This document shows positions 56,365 to 64,000 of a DNA stretch of 64,000 bases, in pieces. The notes under the pieces were generated by a model. That model saw only the letters and a list, made by a program, of their open reading frames with translations. It ran no database searches and was not told the origin of the DNA. Made by a program: the position numbers and the translations under genes. Numbering within the stretch: position 1 is the first letter of the stretch; every line of letters begins with the position of its first letter. Origin of the DNA: Thermotogaceae bacterium (GTDB taxonomy: Bacteria > Thermotogota > Thermotogae > MWEM01); assembly GCA_030445775.1 (NCBI GenBank), contig JASUTC010000001.1:96469-160468 (forward strand), read 5' to 3'.

Positions 56365-56991
56365 TCAGTAAGATTTTACTGTATTGCTCAGGTAAACAAC
56401 ACTGTTTTTTGCACCAGGGATAGCACCTTTTACCGCAAGCAAATTGTTTTCTTTGTCAATTCTGACTATTTCGAGATTCTGAATGGTAACTCGTTCGTTT
56501 CCATATTGTCCGGGCATTTTTTTACCAGGAAATACTCTGGCAGGATAAGAATGTTGGCCGGTACTACCCAATCCTCTGTGGAATTTGGAACCATGAGTTT
56601 TTTCTCCACCACTAAAATTCCATCGTTTCATAACACCGGAATAACCTTTACCTTTTGAGGTTCCAACAACATCTATTTTTGTTCCTTCTTTAAAAATATC
56701 TATAGTGATTTCCTGTCCAAGTTCATATTGATCTGGATTTTCACACCTGAATTCTCTTAAAAGCTTCATAGGTGCCACATCAGCCTTTTTAAAGTGACCC
56801 TTCATGGGCTTTGTCACTCTATGCTCTTTTTGCTTTTCAAATCCAAGCTGTATAGCTGTGTAACCGTCAATCTCTTCAGTTTTTTTCTGACAAACTACAC
56901 ATGGACCAGCTCTTACAACCGTTACAGGAACCATTACTCCGTCTTTGAATATTTGAGTCATTCCCACTTTTCTTCCTATTATTCCGCTCAT
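56365..56991 (-). CDS. rplC: 50S ribosomal protein L3
   Basis: M.GIIGRKVGMTQIF...G...PVTVV.AGPC.V.Q.KT. Confidence 0.97.
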   Translation of the reverse strand: MSGIIGRKVGMTQIFKDGVMVPVTVVRAGPCVVCQKKTEEIDGYTAIQLGFEKQKEHRVTKPMKGHFKKADVAPMKLLREFRCENPDQYELGQEITIDIFKEGTKIDVVGTSKGKGYSGVMKRWNFSGGEKTHGSKFHRGLGSTGQHSYPARVFPGKKMPGQYGNERVTIQNLEIVRIDKENNLLAVKGAIPGAKNSVVYLSNTVKSY

Positions 56992-57013
56992 TCTCTACAC
57001 CTCCGTATTTAAA

Positions 57014-57322
57014 TCAGAGCTTAATTTCGACATCTACCCCTGAAGGAAGATCAATCTTCATGAGAGCTTCCACAGTTTTCGGTTTTGGGTCTAAAATGTC
57101 TATGAGCCTTTTATGTACTCTTTTCTCAAAATGTTCTCTTGAATCTTTATGTTTATGTGGTGATTTAAGAACACAGTATACAGTTCTTTCAGTCGGTAAA
57201 GGAATAGGACCTGATACTTGAGCATTAGTTGTTTTGACTATTTCTACAATCTTTCCAGAAGATTGATCAAGCAACTCATGATCATAACCTTTTAATCTAA
57301 TTCGAATCCTCTGTGAGGCCAT
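57014..57322 (-). CDS. rpsJ: 30S ribosomal protein S10
   Basis: [17 protein letters not shown]...IVE......[10 protein letters not shown]. Confidence 0.97.
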   Translation of the reverse strand: MASQRIRIRLKGYDHELLDQSSGKIVEIVKTTNAQVSGPIPLPTERTVYCVLKSPHKHKDSREHFEKRVHKRLIDILDPKPKTVEALMKIDLPSGVDVEIKL

Positions 57323-57351
57323 TAATTATTTCCCTCCAATCCATAAAATTA

Positions 57352-57384
57352 CGCTATAAAAGGGGAGTGGTATAAACACTCCCC
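57352..57384 (-). terminator. rho-independent terminator/attenuator between tuf and rpsJ
   Basis: On the minus strand, GGGGAGTG-TTTATAC-CACTCCCC is followed by TTTTAT. Confidence 0.65.
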
Positions 57385-57436
57385 AGCATTATACACAATA
57401 CCAGTAACGATATGATTAACAGTAAGTTACTGTTGA

Positions 57437-58633
57437 TTATCCGATAATCTCAGCTACAACTCCTGCTCCAACTGTCCTTCCGCCTTCTCTAACGGCGAAT
57501 CTCATACCTTTTTCAAGAGCAACAGGCTTAATCAATTTGACTTCACTAACGATGTTGTCTCCAGGCATAATCATTTCAACACCCTCACCAAGGTCAGCAA
57601 TTTCTCCAGTGATATCCGCTGTTTTGATGTAGAATTGGGGTCGGTAACCTTTTGTAAATGGTGTATGTCTTCCGCCTTCTTCCTTTTTCAAAACGTAGAT
57701 ATTTGCTTTAAAGTGCGTATGTGGAGTGATAGAGCCTACTTTTGCAAGAACTTGTCCTCTTTCAACTTCGTCCTTTTTGATACCTCTAAGTAAGCAACCT
57801 ACGTTGTCTCCTGCTGATCCTTCGTCTAACAATTTTCTGAACATTTCTACACCGGTAACGGTCGTTTTGGCAGTTGGTCTGATTCCAACCAGTTCAACTT
57901 CGTCTCCGGGATGTACTGTTCCTCTTTCAATTCTTCCGGTAACAACGGTTCCTCGACCTGTGATTGTGAAAATGTCTTCGATTGGCATGAGGAAAGGTTT
58001 ATCTGTTTCTCTTACAGGATCCGGGAAATAATCGTCACAAGCATCCATCAATTCGTAAATGGCTTGCATATTTTCACCATCAGGGCTGTCTTCTTCTCCA
58101 GCCTTCAATGCTGAACCTCTGATAACCGGTACATCGTCTCCTGGGAATTCGTATTTACTGAGAAGATCTCTAACTTCCATTTCAACCAAATCTATTAATT
58201 CTTCATCATCCACCATATCGCATTTGTTCAAAAAGACAACGATAGCAGGAACGTTAACCTGTCTTGCAAGCAAAACGTGTTCTCTTGTCTGGGGCATAGG
58301 ACCATCTGTGGCAGCAACAACAAGTATAGCACCATCCATTTGTGCAGCACCGGTAATCATGTTCTTGATGTAGTCCGCATGACCCGGACAGTCAATGTGC
58401 GCATAATGTCTCTTCTCAGTCTGATATTCAACGTGTGCGGTATTAATGGTAATACCTCTTGCTTTTTCCTCAGGTGCCTTATCGATGGTGTCAAACGCAG
58501 AATAATCTGCAAGACCTTTCAAACTAAGAGCCTTAGTGATAGCAGCGGTTAACGTTGTTTTACCATGGTCAATGTGACCAATAGTACCAATGTTCAAATG
58601 CGGTTTGTTTCGTTCAAATTTCTCTTTTGCCAT
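57437..58633 (-). CDS. tuf: elongation factor Tu
   Basis: 398 aa with [18 protein letters not shown] and NKCD. It looks closest to Thermotoga-type EF-Tu by eye. Confidence 0.98.
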   Translation of the reverse strand: MAKEKFERNKPHLNIGTIGHIDHGKTTLTAAITKALSLKGLADYSAFDTIDKAPEEKARGITINTAHVEYQTEKRHYAHIDCPGHADYIKNMITGAAQMDGAILVVAATDGPMPQTREHVLLARQVNVPAIVVFLNKCDMVDDEELIDLVEMEVRDLLSKYEFPGDDVPVIRGSALKAGEEDSPDGENMQAIYELMDACDDYFPDPVRETDKPFLMPIEDIFTITGRGTVVTGRIERGTVHPGDEVELVGIRPTAKTTVTGVEMFRKLLDEGSAGDNVGCLLRGIKKDEVERGQVLAKVGSITPHTHFKANIYVLKKEEGGRHTPFTKGYRPQFYIKTADITGEIADLGEGVEMIMPGDNIVSEVKLIKPVALEKGMRFAVREGGRTVGAGVVAEIIG

Positions 58634-58683
58634 TTGTAGTTTCCCTCCTCATTATCGTTTAATAACTTACAAATAACTATAAT

Positions 58684-60756
58684 CTATCGCCTATGTAAAA
58701 TCTTTTCAAGTGTCTTTTCGTTTACCGGATCATAATGAGAAAACTGAATAGTATAGGTTGCTCTACCTTGACTCAGTGACCTCAATATTGTAGCATAACC
58801 AAATAATTCTGCCAAAGGTACAAAGGCTTCAACAACCCTGGCGTTGGATCTGCTGTCAAATTTCTCTATCCTGCCACGTCTTGTGTTTAAGTCTCCAATG
58901 ATATCTCCCATATATTCTTCAGGAGTGGTTATCTCCACGGACATAATGGGTTCAAGTAAATAAGAATTACCTTTTTTCAGCGCTTCTTTTAAAGACATTG
59001 AAGCGGCAATCTTGAATGCCATTTCGGAACTGTCAACCTCATGATACGAGCCATCATACAAAGTAGCTTTCAGATCAACAACCGGATAACCAGCTACGAT
59101 ACCGTCCTGCATTGATTCTTCAATACCAATTCTGATGGGATTAATGTATTCTTTGGGAACACTCCCTCCTGTCGTAGCATCTTCAAAGATAAACCCTTTC
59201 CCACTTTCAAGAGGTTCATATTTGACCTTAACGTGTCCATATTGACCTCTACCACCACTTTGCCTGATATATTTACCCTCTGTATCAACGGGATTTTGTA
59301 TAGATTCTCTATAGGAAACATGCGGTTTTCCCACTCGAACATTTGCCCCGAATTCTCTTCGCAAACGATCAATGATGATTTCAAGATGTAATTCACCCAT
59401 ACCGCTTAACAATGTTTGTCCGGTTTCTTCTTCAATCATAACCCTGATGGTTGGGTCTTCTTCCTTAAGTGCTGTCAGACCCTTAGCCAGTTTATTCTGA
59501 TCATCTTTTGTTTCGGGTTCGATGGCAATTTGTATAACCGGTTCCGGAAAAATCATTTCTTCCAATAATATGGGAATATCTGCGTTGGATAAACTGTCAC
59601 CTGTTGAAGTGAATTTCAACCCAATACCGGCAACTATTTCACCGGCTGTCACCTCATCAACATCTTCGCGTTTATCTGAATGCATGTAGATCAATCTGCT
59701 AAGACGCTCCTTTTTCCCTTTGTTAATGTTTTGAACATAACTCCCTTTTTTCAGGCTTCCGGAGTAAACTCGGAAATAAGTTAAACGGCCTACAAATGGA
59801 TCAGATGCAACCTTAAAAGCAAGTGCCGCAAAAGGACCGTTAGGGTCTGCCTTCAGTTCAATTGTCTCGTCAGTGCCTTGAATACTGGCTATAATTGGTG
59901 GTACATCTAACGGTGAAGGTAAAAAATCAACAATAGCATCAATTAAAGGTTGTATAGCCTTGTTTTTAAAAGCAGTACCGCATAATACTGGAACATATTC
60001 GCCGGATACGGTAGCTTTTCTAATGGCACTTTTTAATTTATCAACGGGAACCTCTTCCCCTTCAAGATAACGTTCCATAATGGATTCATCAAAAGAAGAC
60101 ATTTTGGCTACTAGATCCTCATGCATAGCTTCCGCCTTTTCCATCAATTCATCCGGAATATCGTTCATAATGAAAGTAACCCCTTCACTTTCTTCCCACA
60201 GCAAAGTCTTCATTTGGACAAGATCTACTACACCTTTGAATGTTTCTTCAGCTCCAACTGGGAGTTGTATGGGTAACGGATTTGCTCCAAGTTTCTTGAT
60301 CATACTCTTAACCGACATTTCAAAATCAGCACCGAGTTTGTCCATTTTATTCATGAATGCAATTCGTGGAACTTTGTACTTATCAGCTTGTCTCCAAACT
60401 GTTTCTGATTGGGGTTCCACGCCTGCACAAACATCAAATACTGCAATTGCGCTGTCTAATACTCGTAGAGATCTTTCAACTTCAACAGTAAAGTCAACGT
60501 GGCCGGGTGTATCGATTATATTAATCCTGTGATTTTTCCATAAAGCAGTTGTAGCAGCAGATGTAATGGTAATACCACGCTCTTTTTCCTGCTCCATCCA
60601 GTCCATGGTAGCCGTTCCATCATCAACGCTGCCAAGCTTATGTTTACGGCCAGTATAGAAAAGAATCCTTTCCGTTGTTGTTGTTTTACCCGCGTCAATA
60701 TGAGCCATGATTCCAATATTTCTGACTCGTTCGAGAGGAATTTCTTTATAAGACAC
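58684..60756 (-). CDS. fusA: elongation factor G
   Basis: 690 aa with [20 protein letters not shown] and NKMD. Confidence 0.98.
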   Translation of the reverse strand: MSYKEIPLERVRNIGIMAHIDAGKTTTTERILFYTGRKHKLGSVDDGTATMDWMEQEKERGITITSAATTALWKNHRINIIDTPGHVDFTVEVERSLRVLDSAIAVFDVCAGVEPQSETVWRQADKYKVPRIAFMNKMDKLGADFEMSVKSMIKKLGANPLPIQLPVGAEETFKGVVDLVQMKTLLWEESEGVTFIMNDIPDELMEKAEAMHEDLVAKMSSFDESIMERYLEGEEVPVDKLKSAIRKATVSGEYVPVLCGTAFKNKAIQPLIDAIVDFLPSPLDVPPIIASIQGTDETIELKADPNGPFAALAFKVASDPFVGRLTYFRVYSGSLKKGSYVQNINKGKKERLSRLIYMHSDKREDVDEVTAGEIVAGIGLKFTSTGDSLSNADIPILLEEMIFPEPVIQIAIEPETKDDQNKLAKGLTALKEEDPTIRVMIEEETGQTLLSGMGELHLEIIIDRLRREFGANVRVGKPHVSYRESIQNPVDTEGKYIRQSGGRGQYGHVKVKYEPLESGKGFIFEDATTGGSVPKEYINPIRIGIEESMQDGIVAGYPVVDLKATLYDGSYHEVDSSEMAFKIAASMSLKEALKKGNSYLLEPIMSVEITTPEEYMGDIIGDLNTRRGRIEKFDSRSNARVVEAFVPLAELFGYATILRSLSQGRATYTIQFSHYDPVNEKTLEKILHRR

Positions 60757-60785
60757 TATTGTTCCTCCATTTTATTATTAATTCT

Positions 60786-61253
60786 TTACCATTTGAAGTG
60801 AGCAAACGCTCTGTTTGCTTCTGCCATTCTATGTGTATCTTCCCGTTTCTTAACTGCTGCACCTGTGTTTTCCAGTGCTGACATAATCTCATCGGACAAT
60901 TTGTATTTCATGGGTCTTCCCCGCTTCGATCTTACAGCAGCCAGAAGCCATCTCAATCCAAGAGATGTTTTCCTTGGTTCTGCTACTTCAACAGGTACTT
61001 GATATGTCGAACCTCCAACTCTTCTTGGTTTAACTTCAACTTCAGGTTTGATATTGTCCATTGCTTGTTTAAACATCTCAAGAGGATCTTTTCCAGTTTT
61101 TTCTCTAACCAATTCAAACGCATCGTAAACGATCTTTTGAGATTTTGATTTTTTCCCGTGATACATCAATTTGTTGATCAATCTTGATACCAGCAAATCA
61201 TTATATACGGGATCCGGTTCGATCTTTCTTTTTTCAGCTCTTCTTCTTCTCAT
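60786..61253 (-). CDS. rpsG: 30S ribosomal protein S7
   Basis: MRRRRAEKR...PDP.Y......L.N..M..GKKS. Confidence 0.97.
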   Translation of the reverse strand: MRRRRAEKRKIEPDPVYNDLLVSRLINKLMYHGKKSKSQKIVYDAFELVREKTGKDPLEMFKQAMDNIKPEVEVKPRRVGGSTYQVPVEVAEPRKTSLGLRWLLAAVRSKRGRPMKYKLSDEIMSALENTGAAVKKREDTHRMAEANRAFAHFKW

Positions 61254-61281
61254 TTATTAATTTCCCTCCTGCATAACTGAC

Positions 61282-61653
61282 TTATTTAGGAGCCTTAGTC
61301 CCGTATTTGGAACGTGCTTGCTTTCTATCTTCAACACCTGCAGTGTCAAGTGCTCCTCTAATGATTCTGTAACGTATACCTGCCAGATCTTTGACTCGTC
61401 CACCTCTTACCATTACAACAGAATGTTCCTGTAAATTGTGTCCCTCGCCAGGAATATATGCTGAAACTTCCATTCCATTGGCAAGCCTGACTCTCGCAAT
61501 CTTTCTAAGCGCTGAATTAGGCTTTCGAGGTGTCATAGTTGTTACCCTGACACAAACTCCCCTTTTTTGAGGGTTCTTTTGTAAAGCAGGTGCTTTGGAT
61601 TTTTCTTTAATAATTTTTCTGCTTTTTCTGACTAACTGATTGATTGTCGGCAT
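61282..61653 (-). CDS. rpsL: 30S ribosomal protein S12
   Basis: [11 protein letters not shown]......SK.PAL...PQKRGVC.RV.T.TP.KPNSA.RK. Confidence 0.98.
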   Translation of the reverse strand: MPTINQLVRKSRKIIKEKSKAPALQKNPQKRGVCVRVTTMTPRKPNSALRKIARVRLANGMEVSAYIPGEGHNLQEHSVVMVRGGRVKDLAGIRYRIIRGALDTAGVEDRKQARSKYGTKAPK

Positions 61654-61699
61654 CTATTAGAAAATACCTCCTTCCTTGATTTTGAAATTAACCAGGCGT

Positions 61700-61729
61700 A
61701 TTTTACTACTAAAGCGAGTACATTGTCAA
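61700..61729 (-). promoter_or_regulatory. candidate promoter of the rpsL (str) operon
   Basis: On the minus strand: TTGACA (61729-61724), 18 nt, TAAAAT (61705-61700). It lies 46 nt upstream of the rpsL ATG. Confidence 0.45.
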
Positions 61730-61743
61730 CAGTACCCGCTTTA
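61711..61743 (-). terminator. hairpin after the NuoF-like gene, overlapping the candidate rpsL promoter
   Basis: On the minus strand, AAAGCGGGTAC-TGTTGACAAT-GTACTCGCTTT (one G:U pair). Only 3 U follow, so terminator strength is uncertain. Confidence 0.35.
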
Positions 61744-61798
61744 TTATCTAAAAATTTACCATTATTTAACATTCAGTATATTATACTCTGATATTCCA

Positions 61799-63430
61799 TT
61801 ATCTTTTGGATCTTTTTTTCTTCTTAGGTTCAACAAAAGTGCAGGCGTTACAAGGCTTCTTTTGAACGTGATCAGAAAACTCGTCTCTAAAGGATTGAAC
61901 AATCGTTCTTAAAGGGATAGCAGCAGATTGGCCCAAGCCGCAGAACGAAGTTTGTTCCATGACATCTGCAATCATAAGCAGCTGTTCAACTTCCTCTTCT
62001 CGACCTTGCCCCTTTGAGATTTTGTCCAGTAACTTAACGGAAACTCTTGTCCCCTCTCTACAAGGCGTACATTTACCGCATGATTCATGGGCAAAGAATT
62101 CCATGACAGTTTTTGCACAATCAACAGCGCAACTGTCCTCATCCATACACAGGATCACTCCTGAACCTAATGAAGCACCTTCCTTTGCAGAATCATAATC
62201 CAATCCGATTTCTAGTTTTTTTGTATTCATGAATGTTCCCGCTGTGCCACCGGTTTGAACGATTTTTAATTTCTTTCCATTGGGTATACCGCCACCGTAT
62301 TTGTATATCAAATCGAAAATAGAAGTTCCCATTGGTACTTCAACCAACCCGCGATTGATGATATTACCCACCAACGTGAAGACCTTTGTTCCTGAAGATC
62401 CTTCGGTCCCCAAGGCTTTAAACGCTTCGGGGCCATTGTTGATAATCCATGGAATATTACTGAATGTTTCAACGTTGTTGACTACTGTCGGTTTTCCATA
62501 TAATCCCTCTACAGGAGGATACGGTGGTTTCAACCTTGGTCGTCCAGGTCTACCTTCTATTGATTCTATCAGAGCTGTTTCTTCTCCACAGATATAGGCT
62601 CCTGCTCCAAGTCTTACTGATAAATCGAAACTGAAACCGCTTCCCATAATATCTTCGCCAAGCAATCCGATTTCATAGGCATCTTTTATGGCCTTTCTGA
62701 TATTATCAATCGAACCGTAATATTCACCTCTGATATAAATATAACCTTTATTGGCGCCAACTGCATAGGCTGCAATTGTCATCGCTTCAACAACGGAATG
62801 AGGATCTCCCTCCATGATCAATCGGTCTTTGAAAGTACCAGGCTCTCCTTCGTCTGCATTACAGATGACATATTTTTCGGGATTATCAGCTTTTGCAGTA
62901 AATTCCCATTTCATACCCGTCGGGAAACCCGCGCCGCCTCGACCTCTAATATTACTTTTCTTAACAACATCTATGACATTTTCAGGCTTCATCTCCTTCA
63001 GGACTTTTGCCAAGGCCATATACCCATCTCGGGCAATATACTCTTCGATGGCACCTGGATCAATCACACCAACATTCTTGAGAACGATCCTTTCTTCACG
63101 ATCAAGCTTGCCCGTTTCCTTTTTTTCGTGTTTGATGACCGATTTATCAATCATCAAATCCTTGACGATTCTGCCTTTAAGAAAATGTTCCGTGACTAAT
63201 TGTTCAGCATCATCTGTAGAATTGATCTCATAAAAGACTTCTTCAGGATATACAGCAACAATGACACCATCCTTATAGACGCCAAGACTTCCAGTTTCAA
63301 GAACTTCAACCATATCGGATAATTGATATTTTTTAACATTTTCTTCAATGTGTTTTTTAAACTGCCTCGCTCCGCGAAGTGCGCTGCTCGAATCGACAGA
63401 AACCAAAACCGTCTGTATCTTCATCCTCAT
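61799..63430 (-). CDS. NuoF/HydB-family NADH-binding FMN/Fe-S flavoprotein subunit
   Basis: GRGGAGFPTG.KW (FMN), CGKCTPCREG and SFCGLGQSA (N3-type 4Fe-4S). The N-terminal Trx-like domain lacks the usual Cys ligands. Confidence 0.88.
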   Translation of the reverse strand: MRMKIQTVLVSVDSSSALRGARQFKKHIEENVKKYQLSDMVEVLETGSLGVYKDGVIVAVYPEEVFYEINSTDDAEQLVTEHFLKGRIVKDLMIDKSVIKHEKKETGKLDREERIVLKNVGVIDPGAIEEYIARDGYMALAKVLKEMKPENVIDVVKKSNIRGRGGAGFPTGMKWEFTAKADNPEKYVICNADEGEPGTFKDRLIMEGDPHSVVEAMTIAAYAVGANKGYIYIRGEYYGSIDNIRKAIKDAYEIGLLGEDIMGSGFSFDLSVRLGAGAYICGEETALIESIEGRPGRPRLKPPYPPVEGLYGKPTVVNNVETFSNIPWIINNGPEAFKALGTEGSSGTKVFTLVGNIINRGLVEVPMGTSIFDLIYKYGGGIPNGKKLKIVQTGGTAGTFMNTKKLEIGLDYDSAKEGASLGSGVILCMDEDSCAVDCAKTVMEFFAHESCGKCTPCREGTRVSVKLLDKISKGQGREEEVEQLLMIADVMEQTSFCGLGQSAAIPLRTIVQSFRDEFSDHVQKKPCNACTFVEPKKKKRSKR

Positions 63431-63930
63431 CCACGCTCCTCTTCACGAATATTGTTAATGATATCTAATACCTTATCGTGGGTTAAATTCCCATAAAATT
63501 CTTCGTTAATCATAATCACGGGAGATACACCACATAAACCCAAACACCCTGTTTCTTCAAGTGTAAATAAACCATCTTTGGAGGTTTGGGAAAAATCGCA
63601 TCCCAATTCTTTCTTCAAAGTTTCAATGATTTCCTTTCCACCGGTTACATGACAGGGTAGACTATTACATACCCTTATAACGTATTTGCCCCTTTTTTCC
63701 ACTGAGAACATGGTATAAAAAGTCAAAACCTCGTAAACTGAAGATTCCGGAACCTTTAATATCTCTGCCACCTTTTCGGCGGCCTCTAAAGGGACAAAGT
63801 TGTGAAAATGATTCTGTATCTCATGAAGGCAGTTGATTAGTACATCACCCTCTGCCAGACTCTCATCCGTTATAACACCGTTCACTATTTGCTCAACAGC
63901 TTCCAGCTCTTTATCTGAAACCACTATCAC
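63427..63930 (-). CDS. NuoE/HydC-family [2Fe-2S] thioredoxin-like ferredoxin subunit
   Basis: RVCNSLPCH....G and CLGLCGVSPV provide four Cys ligands. 4-nt overlap with the NuoF-like gene. GTG start; the exact start is uncertain. Confidence 0.88.
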   Translation of the reverse strand: MIVVSDKELEAVEQIVNGVITDESLAEGDVLINCLHEIQNHFHNFVPLEAAEKVAEILKVPESSVYEVLTFYTMFSVEKRGKYVIRVCNSLPCHVTGGKEIIETLKKELGCDFSQTSKDGLFTLEETGCLGLCGVSPVIMINEEFYGNLTHDKVLDIINNIREEERG

Positions 63931-64000
63931 ACCCCCTGTTAATTATTTCATGGTAAAGATAAAAGGGCTGATTTAAAAGAAAACCAGCCTAAAACTTTTT

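Noticed and set aside
63931-64000. Short hairpin GGCTG-N14-CAGCC followed by T's on the minus strand at the window edge, considered as the terminator of an upstream gene.
   Set aside because: It has only a 5-bp stem with a 14-nt loop, and the upstream context is outside the window. This is too weak to call.
1-64000. I looked for CRISPR repeats, IS or transposase/integrase genes, tRNA/rRNA genes, toxin-antitoxin pairs, restriction-modification genes and other canonical defence genes.
   Set aside because: None was recognised by eye. Intergenic space is minimal and every gap over 60 nt was inspected. A computational repeat, tRNA or Rfam scan would still be needed to exclude small elements inside coding regions.

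Overview
AT-rich, very gene-dense chromosomal window with about 85 genes, almost all on the minus strand. By eye the EF-Tu, r-protein, NuoEF-like and envelope protein sequences look Thermotogota-like; this is unverified. I saw no CRISPR array, transposase, integrase, rRNA or tRNA gene. The only RNA gene is tmRNA (ssrA, 1018-1372). Core content: (i) the complete str/S10/spc/alpha ribosomal super-operon (rpsL-rpsG-fusA-tuf-rpsJ...rplQ, 42.4-61.7 kb), including rpmJ, which the ORF track misses; map is absent. (ii) the origin-type cluster dnaA / rpmH-rnpA-yidD-yidC-jag (28.8-33.2 kb); rpmH is also missing from the track. (iii) housekeeping genes: pheST, ahcY, queD, fur, ligA, rpe, coaE, adk, secY and an LptF/G-like pair. 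(iv) a sucrose-phosphate synthase, fructokinase and malic enzyme block abutting ssrA, plus a GH13_18 glycoside phosphorylase. Two regions are not explained by known biology. (A) 16.6-19.7 kb holds a translationally coupled pair. One gene is an NBD-only Hsp70-type ATPase ending in a glycine-zipper TM hairpin. The other is a 4-TM protein whose C-terminal tail looks GrpE-like by eye. (B) 33.2-42.3 kb is an 11-gene array with almost no intergenic space. It runs rodA, L7Ae-like, DUF5685-like, a cysteine-string J-protein, a coiled-coil protein, an ABC ATPase with no permease, a secreted protein with about 10% Met, a DUF4040::SBP-like fusion, an orphan MnhB-like protein and a PEGA-like secreted protein. 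All functional calls rest on motif recognition by eye. No searches were run.
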